A stretch of 64,000 bases of DNA from Octopus bimaculoides (lineage: Eukaryota), in assembly GCF_001194135.2 (NCBI RefSeq), contig NC_068991.1, forward strand, positions 79,443,422 to 79,507,421, given 5' to 3'. A program made the translations under genes and the position numbers. Of the stretch, positions 14,525 to 29,260 are shown in pieces. How positions within the stretch are numbered: the stretch's first letter is position 1; every line of letters starts with the position of its first letter. The notes below the pieces were generated by a model. The model made no database searches. It worked only from the letters and a program-made list of their open reading frames with translations, and had not been told where the DNA came from.

Positions 14525-14924
14525 TCTTTCACTTGCTTACGTCATTTAACTGGGGCCATGCTGGAGCACCGCCTTCAGTTAAACAGATCCACCCCACGAC
14601 TGATTCTTAGTAAGCCTAGTACTTAGTCAATCGGTCTCTTTGCCGAACCGCTAGTTTACGGGGACATAAACACATTAGCATCGGGTGTCAAGCGATGGTG
14701 GGGGGACAAACTGACACACAAATACATACATACATGCATACATACATACATGCTTATATATGACAGGTTTCTTCCAGTTTCCGTCTACCAAATCCACTCA
14801 CAAGGCTTTGGTCGACCCGAGGCTACAGTAGAGTACACTTGCCCAAGGTGGAACGCAGCAGAACGGAGCCCAGAACCATGTGGTTAGGAAGCAAGCTTCT
14901 TACTACATAGCTACGCCTGCTCCT
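14525..14924 (-). mobile_element. Bipartite tRNA-derived SINE, family B (head, internal microsatellite, tail)
   Basis: Collinear with 41591-41988: ccatgctggagcaccgcctt, gccgaaccgct, gtttccgtctaccaaatccactcacaaggctttggtc, acacttgcccaaggtg, cagaaccatgtggtt. Confidence 0.9.
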
Positions 14925-17302
14925 ATATATATATATATATATATATNNNNNNNNNNNNNNNNNNNNNNNNNNNNNNNNNNNNATATATATGGATGTGTGT
15001 GTGTGTATGTGTGTATGTATGTATGTATGTATGTATGTATGTATGTGCACATATATATACATAAATACACGCACACACATACAAACACATACATATATTC
15101 ATATACTGTTGTACAACGATGAAAAAGCAATGAAATGACATTTTTGTAAGACATCAAGATTTTATTGAACTATAGTTCAGCTATAATCCAACGTATCTTT
15201 ATTTGGAGATTCACGTTGATACATTCTCTTATGAATGAATGAGCAAAGTGGAGCAGAAAACTTGTCAACTTCATTTACTTTCACGTCTTCTGTGTTAATA
15301 CTGTTGAAAATGACAGAGGTGTGGATCCTTCACATAAATTCACTCATGTCTGCTTCAGCGAACTTCTGTCAAACGAATTCTGGAAATCCACACACGAAAC
15401 ACGCACACACACAGACAGATACACACGCGCGCTTGCGTACGCACACACACATGCACATACACTTATAAATACTTTCTGTGTGCAGATAGTCTTATCACAC
15501 TTACTTGCTAAATGTCAATGAGTATTACGAATAATTAATCAAATAAAAAGATGGCATTGTTCCGAAGACTCCTTGAAATGTCAGCGTTTCTGATTTCCAT
15601 TGAAAACGTAAGGTTTTCAATGAGATTACAAAACGGTATACTTTGTATAAACCCAGGTAAAATATAAGCCTTGCTAATATGTACGTGAAAAATGTGTTAA
15701 CATTAAAATCATTGTTGATGATTTTGTAAGTTGTAAGTGGTACAAGTATCTATGAACTAAAGGTGACTTAAATTAAATATCAACCATTAAGAATGAAATG
15801 TTAGGATCTCATCCGTACAATTTATTATAGATTAATATTTTTTCGTTAAATTCGTTTTATTGAGAAATTATGATATTTGAATGTCATGAACTACATTGTG
15901 TCGGTTGCACGTCTTAAAAAAAAACGTTTTAATAAACTGTTTATATAACTTGAACTCTATCGCGGCGGAAGAAGTGTTCCCATATATTTAGAAACTCTCT
16001 GAAATTATTACGAATTGGTGATTGTTTTTTCTTTTGCTATAAATGCCCAGTTTTTGACAGAAAAAAAGGATTTTTCTTGCACACAACAAGGAAATTTACC
16101 TAAATTTGGTCCATTATTTAACAAATCAAAACCTACCTGATGGTATATGGTTTACTTTGTCACTTAACGATGGTGATTCCTTCTTAAATTCCAATAAATA
16201 TATGCTGCAGACACATTTCATATATTGTACGACTGCAGAAACATTTTATATACCGCTGAGGCATACAATATTATGATACTAAATATGTTCGCGGTGCACA
16301 TATATATAAAAAGTTTTCAAAAGAAAATGAAATGCAGATATTGATTGTCCTTGAATAATTTAGAAACCTGAACAACGTCGAAGACAAAACTAAATGGAAT
16401 TATTTTTAAAAGCAAGGAATATTATTTGAAATATTTCACAAAGAACGGTACAAATAAACCCAGTGACATTATTCAAGGATTTACAAAATATACTTCTTGG
16501 AGAAAATAATATAATCATTGCTTATAAATTTCGTTATCAATTAAAAAAAAACTAATAATTAATTAATATCTGATTGCTATAAATGATTAAATGCATTGCT
16601 TCTTTACTGTCGAGTATGAAACGTGTATTCCATTTTCTTATTAGCGCTAAATGTGATGGGAAGCAAAAGTCCGTGGAATCTACTTTTACGGAATGATAGA
16701 ATGGTCGTAGAGAAAAGAACACACGATTTATTTCACACTAATGTACTTCCTAAAAGTACACTTAACTTGTTCGATTAAATTAATCAGTCAGAAGGTGAAA
16801 TGAGAACTCAGTCTATGTTCGTCTATATTAACCCCCGACGCAGTATAATATAGTTCCCTTTCAATCTACTAATATAAACGTGAAAATACTTCTGGAGTAA
16901 TTAAAAAAAAAAGAACAGTGTTCCAGAGCAGAAACAAAAAAAAGGAAAGATTCGAGAGATCAAGTAGCAAAACAAACGACAAACATTTCTTTAATAAATG
17001 AAATTGCTTGAAGAGGAAATCTTATACAAAGATTTACTACAATCAACTTACTTTTATTGAAGTTATAATCACCGTGTTCAAAGGTTATCTTTGAACAATG
17101 TAAAGATAAATATCAAATGCTGGACCGCGTTTATGCATAAGAGCAGCGTCGAGAGTATATAGCAATAAATAAAAATCTGAATGAGATATTTCAATTGATT
17201 TTTATCTTTCACAAACAACTTCATCAACCATTGCGTAATAATTGGAAGCCGCTACGAGGAGATTCGCCTCTTTCTCTCTGTTTCTCTTTTCCTCCCTCTC
17301 AG

Positions 17303-17403
17303 GTAAAAGAGTCGCCTGAAGACATGGCAGCAATTTGCATTGATTCTCTGATTTGGAAGCACACATTTCTTTTTTTGTGTTTGGCTTTCGCGCATATTCC
17401 AAA
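17303..17403 (+). CDS. Candidate first coding exon with signal-peptide-like sequence (ATG at 17324)
   Basis: Long polypyrimidine tract ending in AG at 17301-17302. Encodes MAAICIDSLIWKHTFLFLCLAFAHIP; donor aa|GTAACA is only moderate. No homology recognised. Confidence 0.25.
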
Positions 17404-17626
17404 GTAACAATTTTCGTTTGGAAAACAAATGACGTTAAGGGAATGAAGCAAGAAGTTGTAATCATGAAATATATGTTAACATAACGCTTCCTGCTTCTCT
17501 TTTGATGTTACCGTATAAGATTACTAAGTTGGTTTCTTTAAAGATTCTCCGATCTATTCATACATATTCTCTTTCATTCGTTCTCTCTCTCACTCTTTCT
17601 CTCTCTCGCTCTTCTTATTTATAAAA

Positions 17627-17664
<38 letters not shown>

Positions 17665-19904
17665 GTGTGTAAGGATGTGAGGATATAACGGCATATAATT
17701 AGTACAAACACATCAAAAGTGTTATTAACTTTTTCGACATCATTCGACTTTGCGCAATAAAGTTTAGATTGTTACTATATCAGATAGCATGGCAAGAAGA
17801 AATGTTGTGTTCAGTTTAATGAACTTAATATGAAGCAATGTTTGCGTATAATTAGTATGCATTAAGACTTGACTTCGAACCACGTGATTCTTAACCATGC
17901 AGTCATAATTGTATTCATAGGATTAATTTGTTTTAGTTTTTGCTGCCATTTCTATCACATAACTGTCGAAATGACAGAACTGTAAGAGAGTTCGATCTAA
18001 TGTCTCACTTGCTATTAGTTCTGACTCTTGATGCTCTGCATTTAAATCCCGCTGGGGTCACCTTTACAGTTGATAGAAAGATTTCTATTCCAGAGCGGTG
18101 TACATTTGTGCTCTAATTGGTGGACTGACAGGCTCAAATCCGTCAGATGGCTACTTTCACTTCGTGCCTCGGGTGACTTTTACTGGTGACTACTCTGCTG
18201 CATGCATTTGCAACGGAACTTTAGTTTAAGAATAGCTTACTATTATTCATTACTTCCACAAACTTCAGACGTTTTCTCAGTGTTCCTGAAATCAGCCATC
18301 CTTGCTGGTTTCCATGATGAAAATGAAGTGACAATTTAGATTCTAAAAGTGTTGCATGGGCAAACTTTTGCCAGAAGTGGAGCGTATCAGCTAATCACCA
18401 GGCAGGTCGTAAAAAAAAGAAAAAGTGAATTTTGTAGTCGTGCCATTCATATAGACCCGTGACCTGCAGTTTGTTTATGACTGGTTTAGAGTTATAACTG
18501 TTGAGTTCAGACAGAGTAAGAGATAAAAACATAGAAATGGGTTAAAACAGAGAAAAGTAAAATGTATTATTAATTCTTATGCATACGGATATAGACATAC
18601 ATTCACAGATGTATATGTATATATACATCTCTGTGTATGTATGTGTGTGTGTATGTGTGTGCTTGCATGTGTGTGCGTGCAGTAATTTCACTCGCAAGCA
18701 GGAATGAGTTGAAGAGACTAGGGAGTATGTTCCCCTATTGTAGTTATGAGTGGTTCATTGCCATGACGACTGATATTGTTTAATGGATATACGTATGCTG
18801 TGTGTCACTGTATGCACATGCGTGTCTGTGTATTTGCAAAATACATACATGTGCATGCGTATATAAATACATAAGATGCATAGACGTATAATGCAAAAAG
18901 CAATCAGACGATGTATGAGGGAGATGATGTTTTCTGAAGGAAGATAAGAAAATCCTCAAGTGTGTCATGGGAAGATGAATAAAATGAAAGCGAAATCATT
19001 AGTGCCAAGAAGGAGAGAATAACTGTTCAGTCAGTAGCAGAAGAGAAGGCTAATATAATAACTCAATGTAGACACACGGTCACGTAGCCTCATCCACACA
19101 CCAGCGCGAACACGAAACCAGCTAATTATGATCAAAAGTATCTTAGACGTTAACACCATACCATATCTTATTCCATTTGCAACTCACTTTTTCTCAGAAT
19201 GCCATATCTAAAGTTCTTAATACTTTAAAACGAGAGGGTGACATTTTGCACGATGTATTTTTTGACTGTGACAGGCTTCAGAAAGGCATTCAGAGAACTT
19301 TTTTTTCTTCAGCCGGACTTACTGGAAAATTTGAGAAGAGATTACAGATTTATTATGAAAACCTAAAATGATGCACAAAAGTTAAAATGTGTTCATTACA
19401 GGAAGTTAAAGAGAAAGGCAAATTGTTTTCGTGGATTTACATTAAGTTCAATTAAAAAATCACAATGACAGATAGGAAGATATTCCTTTAGCAATTAAAT
19501 CTAAAATTAATTGGAACAGTAAGAACGTATAAACTTCAGGAATATAAATGAGACATTAAAGATTAGATCTAAATAAAAAGAAATTCTATCTAGATAAATC
19601 CTTTATATCAATGTCGATTTTAAACAGTACGATGTTTCATTAACTGTTTAGAGTTAGAAAATGTTCTCTTACTATTAAGCAAACATATTATTTTGTGTGG
19701 TAATATCTCTTCCAATTATTGTTAAATAAGTTATGCATTTTGCACGTGACAAATCAACAGGTGGTACGAATGCCTTCGCGGAAATATCATTTTTTTTTTT
19801 TTTTTTTATGCTTCAGAATGTTTCACACATTATGAGCAATGACAATTTATTTCCGTGAAAAAATGGTGAGACAATATTTTTCATCGTCTTCTCCATTTGT
19901 AGCT

Positions 19905-20215
19905 TGATATAGTGGGAGATACGACATATTTTTATATGTTTGTCGCATTCTTCGTTTATTCACTGAATAAAATTTGACATAAAGCATGGCCTACACGCCG
20001 CAGGCTTTCCTTCCCAGCTTGAGGCAGCGGTGCAAGGCCAAGGGGATGGCAAAAGGCCTGACAGTGTGACAATTATCGTGTCGCGAGACAGCAGGCTACT
20101 CATCTGGGGTGCCACATGCAATGACACCTTCTTTAGCGTCATCTTGGTGTGTTCAGACCAAGCTCCAAGCTCGTCATCGTCCTGGGAAACGCCATTTGAA
20201 ATTTGTCTGCTAGGA
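19905..20215 (+). mobile_element. CRE-like non-LTR retrotransposon relic (restriction-like endonuclease domain)
   Basis: HGLHAAGFPSQLEAAVQGQGDGKRPDSVTIIVSRDSRLLIWGATCNDTF matches the pattern AG.PS.LEP.G..R.DGKRPDG.T..PW..G..L.WDATC.DT. GC-rich island in AT-rich DNA. Confidence 0.7.
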
Positions 20216-20422
20216 CCAATGGAGAGAATGTGAGACTTTCGTAGATTGCTACATGAACAATAGAATTATACAATCCCTCTTCAGTTAAAAGAAAAACTTA
20301 AGAAAATCTTTTCTATTTTATTGATAAACTATTACCCTGGAAAATGACCGAATAAATATTCTAGATGAGTTTATTTTCGTAAATTCTCTGGAAGCAATAT
20401 TATTTTCGCTTAGCCAAATGTA

Positions 20423-20455
<33 letters not shown>

Positions 20456-20499
20456 CACACTAACATATATACCTGTATACATATATTATATACATACAT

Positions 20500-20536
<37 letters not shown>

Positions 20537-20884
20537 AATGAATGTATGTATCTAAAAAACTCGACTGCCAGAATTATCTGATGGATCACTCTCTATAGAT
20601 TAGAAAATAATAAAAATATAAAGTGAAAATATATTGGATAACGTATGCTCAATTATACTGAATCACATTGTACTCTTTTTATGAGATGATCCTAGATAGA
20701 AAGTCTTTCATCTTATGTCTGTTCTGTAGAGTCTGACATTGTTGCTTATATTTTCGAGGACGATAAAAGGCGCAGTAGGTTTAAAATCTGATAAAGGATG
20801 TTCAACTTTCCTCAAAAACAAAAGTGTAATTTGAAATTTTTACGTAGAGAAAACTATGTTAAACGAACGAGAGAAAGAAAGGAT

Positions 20885-20948
<64 letters not shown>

Positions 20949-21389
20949 NNNNNNNNNNNNNNNNNNNNNNNNNNNNNNNNNNNNNNNNNNNNNNNNNNNN
21001 NNNNNNNNNNNNNNNNNNNNNNNNNNNNNNNNNNNNNNNNNNNNNNNNNNNNNNNNNNNNNNNNNNNNNNNNNNNNNNNNNNNNNNNNNNNNNNNNNNNN
21101 NNNNNNNNNNNNNNNNNNNNNNNNNNNNNNNNNNNNNNNNNNNNNNNNNNNNNNNNNNNNNNNNNNNNNNNNNNNNNNNNNNNNNNNNNNNNNNNNNNNN
21201 NNNNNNNNNNNNNNNNNNNNNNNNNNNNNNNNNNNNNNNNNNNNNNNNNNNNNNNNNNNNNNNNNNNNNNNNNNNNNNNNNNNNNNNNNNNNNNNNNNNN
21301 NNNNNNNNNNNNNNNNNNNNNNNNNNNNNNNNNNNNNNNNNNNNNNNNNNNNNNNNNNNNNNNNNNNNNNNNNNNNNNNNNNNNNNNNN

Positions 21390-21468
<79 letters not shown>

Positions 21469-22546
21469 TTTAAGTTGAAATGTAGGATTAAATGTAGTTT
21501 TGAAAACGTTTTCTTTTTTTGAATACGACAACACAAATGCCAGCAATTTGGATATCCTTCACGTACCTTCTTCTTTTACAACATCTTTTTACGAATTTGA
21601 AACGATTAAATTAACCTGAAGATCATTGAATAGATACTGTAAGTAATGCACCTACTTTCATTGTTTTTTCATTTCGTTTTCCATTTTCTGTCAAACTATT
21701 GAATTAATTTCGGATGTTTTATTGTATAAAATAGATTAAAATTTGGAACGAAACAGAAGTAAATACTCAATACGTCCCAACAAGGAAATTAAAGTTAATT
21801 AGAGAAACCATTTCATTTGAAACAAGGAACTGAAATTCGTTTTCTGATTATAACTGTTCACTGCTTAATTCAACGAAACGCCAAAATTTCTATTTGTTGC
21901 AGACGAAAACTAATTAGTATTCGTTGCCATATGGTTATTCAAATATTATATCACCTTCAGAACCAAACTTCCATGTTGCTCGTATCTATTATGCCGCAAT
22001 CATTAAAAGCTTCCTCCAAAATCAATAAGTTTAGATGTGTATAACATTGAGCAATTTACAAAAATATCAAATATACGTTATAGTCCAACGCAGATTCACG
22101 CAAATATTACTCCGTAAATATTCCAATATTCTGCATATTATTCCAATATTCCAATATTCTGCATATTATAATTGAATTTTATAGAATGATGACAAAAACA
22201 AAACAATTTAACAATATACTATAATTTGTAAAGGCAAATTCCTATGAAATCATGCATTAACATACAATATAGTTCATATCACTACGCAAGCATGCAAACA
22301 TTTACATCGTTATTGCATTTTAGTTCCACTAAATTAAAATTTCCAATATCCGAATATATTTAATTAGCCGAGTGCGCATTAGCTTTTTTCTCTTGCACCC
22401 CACTAAATGAGAATGCAGAAAATCTCAGATTGCCAAAGAATCATAACTCGCTGCCATGATGTTTATTCCCTCACGTTGAAGGCATGAAACGGCAAATAGT
22501 ACCGGAAACCTACAGATCAGTTGTTGCTACGGTCCTTCATATAAAG

Positions 22547-22640
<94 letters not shown>

Positions 22641-23520
22641 CGTATATATAATTGTATTGCTCGAACTCGCACATATATGTGTTTGTGTGAGACAGTGCTT
22701 TGTGAGTTTGTTTGTCTGGTATGTTTATGTCTGAATTTGTACGAATGAAACTGGAGAAAGATAGCTTTATACAGGAGTGGTGGGATTTCAAAGAAGTCAA
22801 TTATTAGTCAAATCTAAAATAGATTTCTTCAGTTTCGGATCAACACAATTGGTGTTATGCCAATTTCCGATTTCTCGGCGAAGTCTGAAAATATCTATTA
22901 GTTTTCTATTCATAATAATTCCATACTACACAAAAGAATTAATCCCGAAACTTACTCGAAAGCAAATCAAAGGCATATAGTTCCAGTCTCTCTGAAAATT
23001 CTAACATTTCGAATAAAATGATAAACAGGATAAGGATTAATACATATGATATGAAAAATATTGTTTACGTATTCTTTCTTCTTATTTGAACGTAATGGTT
23101 TCTACATTGCAAGGAAACTGTTTGTTGCATACTTCAACATTATTAATTAAAAAAACATATGGCTAGAGACTTTACTTCGTGCCAGTCGCTTTAAACATTG
23201 AAATTCTAAAATAAAAAACAGATCGGACGTCTGTCATATTTCTTACCTTCCTGTTCCCCCTTCTCTCTCAATCTTTCTTCTTCTTCTTCTCTCTCCCTCC
23301 ATCTCTGATATATTTGTATATATCATTATGTAGATATAAATTAATATACAGTGTGTGTATTGTGTGTTTGTCAGTGTTCTTATATATNNNNNNNNNNNNN
23401 NNNNNNNNNNNNNNNNNNNNNNNNNNNNNNNNNNNNNNNNNNNNNNNNNNNNNNNNNNNNNNNNNNNNNNNNNNNNNNNNNNNNNNNNNNNNNNNNNNNN
23501 NNNNNNNNNNNNNNNNNNNN

Positions 23521-23551
<31 letters not shown>

Positions 23552-23986
23552 TGCACAATAATTACATATGTAATATATATAAAAGAAGAAAAAGAAAATG
23601 GAGATTGGGAAGTTAATAATTGTTTATTATTTACAGCAGACTAAAGAATCCGGAAACCCATAAAACATCCAAGGGTATGTTTTCCCTTCGGAAGATATTA
23701 TGCTCAGGTCATATAAATATGAATTGAATATTTACTTAATATTTACTGAATATTAACTGAAACAGCCGTAAGTGATAATGATTAATTTGCTGTTAATAAT
23801 AAACAGCTAGTAACTTCCCAATCTCCATTTTCTATTTGTTCTTTATTTGAATATGAATTATATGTTTTTTTATATATATAGCTATTATTTTAAGGAAATT
23901 AATTCCTCAAAAATACTAGATATTAAACCAGCGTTTCCTTGGATGAAAATATCCCCTTCATTGGGTTCACACAACCTCGAATCGAA

Positions 23987-24030
<44 letters not shown>

Positions 24031-24417
24031 ATGCATGTACTGAACAGATACAGAACAAATAATGAGGAACAGCCTTATTATGGTCGATTCAATGCTATCT
24101 GCGTTAATTAACAAACCCCAGATAAAATGATTAGCTACTCGTTTGAACTCCACATGAGGTCTAATAGCTACAGAGAACTGGGGACTTCTAATTTACATAC
24201 CATTAGCGTTTAAGTCTTATTTAATATCGATGACGTGTCAATGGGGATCACATTCAAAAGGGCACATGTACACCCACGAAGTCGAATAATTTGCAGACCT
24301 TATTGTAAGTCTAAAGTACTTTTCGTTTTTAGAATCACTGTACTAATTGACTAATTGACTACAAGCATAGTTATGAAGTTTGGGTATTTAATTAATAAAT
24401 TGAAGAAAATGCTAGTG

Positions 24418-25430
24418 TACGAGGGTTGGCTGACCAAAACACTCTCATAGAATATGATCAAAAGAGGTTTACTTTTAACACAATTCCCCTTGTGTTCTAC
24501 ACGCATTCTTTTATCGGTATTGCAACACTTGTATCTCATTGGTCAAAAATTTATTTCAATAGCAGATATGACGCCATCAGCATTGTGATACTTACACGTT
24601 GGGAAACAGATGATAGTCAGATGGGGCCAATTCAAGAGAATAGCGTAGGGGATCAACCAGTTCAAAGCTACAATGACGCACATCAGTCATTGAAGCAAAG
24701 GACTTTATGCAAGAGTATTGTCCTGATGAAATATAACATGTTCCCTCAATTTTCCTCCGCATTTGATCTTATTATTTCGTAAATCATTCAGTAATTTGGC
24801 ATAGTGCTCCCTGTTGATGGTGTGGATGTTTTGAATATTGTCAATAAACAAAACGATCGCGGTGATTACATCTCCTGCAAATGAAGTAGCCTTGGATTTC
24901 TTTGGAGCAGTTGATGGGAGTCTGTTTCCACTGCATGGATTGTCTTTTTGTCTCTGGCTTAAAGAGATTAGGTTAGCAAACATCCTGAATTAGGAAACGT
25001 TCAAAGAAATTAGTTGGATCTGCCTTTAAAACGTTATATTTTCCCGTGATGGGATCAGCTTAGAGCATTTTTGTAGAAGTCAGAAGACATGAAGCCCACC
25101 AAGCAGAAACATTTATCATATCAAGTTTGTTGTGCAGAGTATTCTCAACTTTCACACGAGATATGCTAATAGTATTAGCTATTTGATTTAGAGTCAATCG
25201 CCTGTCATTCATCAACATGTGGCGAGCAAGATTAATATATTCCTCGATTGGGACAGTTACAGAACATCCAGTACGTGGGTCAACTTCAAGACTCTCCCTT
25301 CTCCTTCAAAATTCAGCCGCGTACTATTTCACAGATCGTAAATCTGCAGTGACATCCACTAACGTAGCAGGTATGTCAGTATGAATATCCTCTGAGACTA
25401 AACCAGTTTTTTGCAGGTGGAAACATTACG
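24418..25430 (-). mobile_element. Degenerate mariner transposon
   Basis: TA followed by TIR cgagggttggctga at 24418. Minus-strand peptides include KRQSMQW, APKKSKATSFAG, INREHYAKLLNDLR and VIFHQDN; frameshifted. Confidence 0.9.
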
Positions 25431-25978
25431 ATATCATTACGATATCGCTACTACTTAGTTTATATATTTAAATTAATTTATTTAATTTAAATGAATAGAT
25501 GTTAATAGTTCTAGCGTTACTCCTTCAAAGTTTGCATAAGAATTTTGCTGTCAACCCAAGTAATTACTCTGAGTCAAAAATTTAAAACAAATACTCTACA
25601 TCTGTTATTGATGTTTTCCGCATTGTGTGACTTTGATTTTACACATGCATGCGTGTTGAGTATTAAATTCTTTCTTTCTCACACATACACAAAGACGTAT
25701 ACACGCTTGTGTATGCGTGTGTGCGCGCGCGCTTTCGCGTGTGCATACAGGTGTATGCTTATTATACATATGCAAGTGCATGGCTATATTCGTCGTCAAC
25801 AATACAGACAGTCAGACATATTCATTATCAAAAGATACAATGAATTACTATTACAAAAGTGCATAACTAATAGTGAACGCTAAGATTATTCACAAAAAAT
25901 ACAATTTTGATATACATATATAAAAACATACAAACATATAGTTACACATAACTTCACACACGTTCACAAAAGTACACG

Positions 25979-26047
<69 letters not shown>

Positions 26048-26788
26048 CATATATAGCTATCTATCATTACACGCTATCACACACTGCTGAACAAAAAATC
26101 TAGACATAGGTATGTGTATGTACATATGTAATTTACAGTCACACAAAACTTTCTCTCACAACATAATTTTTTCTTGACTGCCATAAGATGAAACTCGTTT
26201 CAAAAATACAATCATTCCGGATATAGCACCTAATTTACAATGTCATAATGTAAATTGAATAGAAAAAAAAACACAGTCGAGGAAAATATAAAATGCAAGT
26301 AGAATATTGACTGGTGAAATGTAACATAGATATCGTAAGATGATTTTTCATAGAACCAAATAAAAACAAATACCGAAAATTGCCCTACATTGTAAATATA
26401 TATCATTTTAAGAAGTAACAAGATTTTATTGGTGACATTTTTTCTTTTGTTATAGTTCTTCATCAAATTTCGAAAAGACCAGCTGAGGGTAAAATGTATT
26501 GGTCTGGTCGCCATTTCTATAGGTTCTTTCAAAACAATTAGTGCACCGTTGTAAAGAAGACACACAAAGTATTAAAGAAAATTCAATTATACATCCATAA
26601 TAAAATTTAATGTCTTACAGCTGTTTCTGGTTTAACTCAATATATGGGATATTCCGTCATCGGAGACAAATAGAGAAAATGTGAAGGGTATAGATTAAGA
26701 AAACTGTGACATAAAGGACTAGAGAAAAGGAATAACGGAAGGAAGAAAAAGAAGAAAAAAGAGCATAAAAGTTCACATTTCAACTTAC

Positions 26789-26834
26789 CTACAGTGGTGT
26801 AAATACACAAATTGTTCCGCACTTTTAAATTCTT
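26789..26834 (-). CDS. Candidate 46-nt internal exon
   Basis: tttatAG|aag...tgtag|GTAAGT. Two open frames: KNLKVRNNLCIYTTV and EFKSAEQFVYLHHC. Confidence 0.25.
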
Positions 26835-26998
26835 CTATAAATCCAAATGTAAACTTGACCCCACACATAACACTCACATACATACCTCCATGGTCGTTAA
26901 ATCTTAGCCTTGTATATCTTAGATTTTAATACATTACTGCTCTAACTTTTAGAGTGTGATTCTTTTTCGGATATATGATCTACTTACGATATACATAC

Positions 26999-27081
<83 letters not shown>

Positions 27082-27198
27082 ACATATACATATATACTCC
27101 TGTTCGCACATCAAAATTTCTAATATCCAGCTATTTTTGCACTCCAGTGGATGTCATATATGTGTGTGTGGGTGGGTGGTGTGAGTGTTTGTGTGTGT

Positions 27199-27238
<40 letters not shown>

Positions 27239-29169
27239 TCGCGTGTAATTTCATCTCACTAAATTTATGTGTATGTGTGAAAGGTTTTATTTCGTGTATG
27301 GTAATTTAGATTTCCAGTTCATTCCATCAATTTAATTTTCCTATACAATTCGAGAAATACTTCAGAAATGTAAGGTTATATTCTTTTAGAAATGCGAAAA
27401 ATATTTTTCTCCTTCTTTTGCTGATGACAGAGATTGAAGAATGTTAACGTATATACATCGGAAAAATCTAATTGAAGCTGCCAAATATCAACATCATTAA
27501 CTTAATGGAATGAATATATGGCAGAGAATTGCCACCTCTAATCTTGAAGATAACGCAAGTGCTACGTCCTAATGAAAATACTGAGCTAGCTTTGTAATCT
27601 ATTTCTAAGAAATAACTGATTTTACGCACCCCTTCCCTTCTACCAAGATGATGAATTTCGTTACAAATGAACAGCTTTCTCACATTCATCGTTTTTCTTT
27701 TGAGAATTATTGGAGGATTTGGACACATTACTTCATATATTTGTTTTCTTTTACTTTACATTATATTCAATCACGAGCTCTTGAAGAAATACATCTGGTT
27801 CACTTACAAAAGTAGTAGCATCAAATGTGATGAGCAGTTCTTAAGAACAGGCTCAAACCTAATACAGAATAGCGGCGCTTGGAACATTTTACGAAATAAG
27901 ATATACAGACAGTAAATGGTATTGACATTGGGCTGTATGTTCAACTTAAAATGTTTAAAGTTGTTTAATACACACACTATAAATCTTATCAATCAGAAAT
28001 AATCTCTCTGTAATCAAATATTTTCAGAAAAATCTATATAAAATCCATGCAATAACGTTCTGTTTAATATTTCCTTCTTCTCCACGAAATTAATTTGCCT
28101 ATTCAAAAACGTTTGCGAGAGGTAATTGATTCCATTGTCGAAAGACGTCTTTTAGCATAAAGATAACGTGAAAACCGATCAGAAGAGTGGCAGTGTTAAC
28201 GTAAGCTATCTAAATAAGTTTCACTGCTCAATCTGACTTAGACATCGATATGAAACAGTAATACGACTGCAGACAGCAATACGTGGAAGATATCAAAGCA
28301 GAACGAACCCTCAGTTATTTGTCATATTTTTCTACGTGACATCTTTATAGAGTGTTCTATAGGCTGTTTGCAAAATGTACTTTCATTCACCTCAATCTTT
28401 TGTATTTTTCATTTGCAAAATAGAAAATGCAATACGGTGTTTAACACAGTGGCGTGCAAATACAGGTATGCAGCTATGGAAAAACAGAAAACTCGTACAA
28501 AACTTATTTATTTTTCTCAAAAAAAAAAAAGAAAAATTTAAAAGTTAGCCTCACTTTTGATAGTTTCAGTATCATTAAACATAACAATATATTTGTAATA
28601 GCTATAATAATAATTTTAACGTATCTTTTTTTTTTTATTAAAATAAATAAGTATTGTACGTGTTTTCTTTTTTTTTTTTTTTTTCATAACTGTATACAAA
28701 GGAATTATGGACATAAATTTCACTTCATTCAGTTTACGTATACCTCTGAAAATTATTGAATACTTTATACTATGCAACGCTAAGTATCAATAGATCAGTT
28801 GAATTAAACTGTGCGCGTGTAGAAGACAACCCGCACCTGTAACGTCTTGCCATCTCTTTAAAAAAACACGTAATAATTAACAGGTAATATATTATTCATA
28901 AACGATTTGTAATCTTGCACTCAAATCCTACTAAAAACAGATAAAAGGGAGATGAAGTCACTGAAATACTCCCTGATAGAGTTAGCTCGAAATAGAACTT
29001 TTAGTGTACTCGTTGTTTATGTCTGATAAGGAGTTGTGTTTGATGTTAAATATATATATCCGTTTCAGCCTTTAAACAGCAGTTAATAACGAGAAATTAT
29101 CCAAACGCCTATCACGAAACTAGTTTGTGGTTCAGGCCTGCAGTTCTGTGTGGCGGAAGTTAGTAAATA

Positions 29170-29260
29170 ACATCAACCCGAGTACTCGGCTGATGCTTTT
29201 CATCAATCTCACAAAGTGCAATGGGAAGTTGAGCTCGGAAGGATTTAAAAACGAATAACA
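29170..29260 (-). mobile_element. Highly degenerate SINE family C fragment
   Basis: catcaacccgagtactcggctgatgcttttcatcaatctcacaaagtgcaatgggaagttgagctcggaaggattt loosely aligns with 12620-12710. Confidence 0.45.

Noticed and set aside
19177-19371. 64-aa ORF after a pyrimidine-AG site
   Set aside because: No recognisable motif and no linked exon; could be chance.
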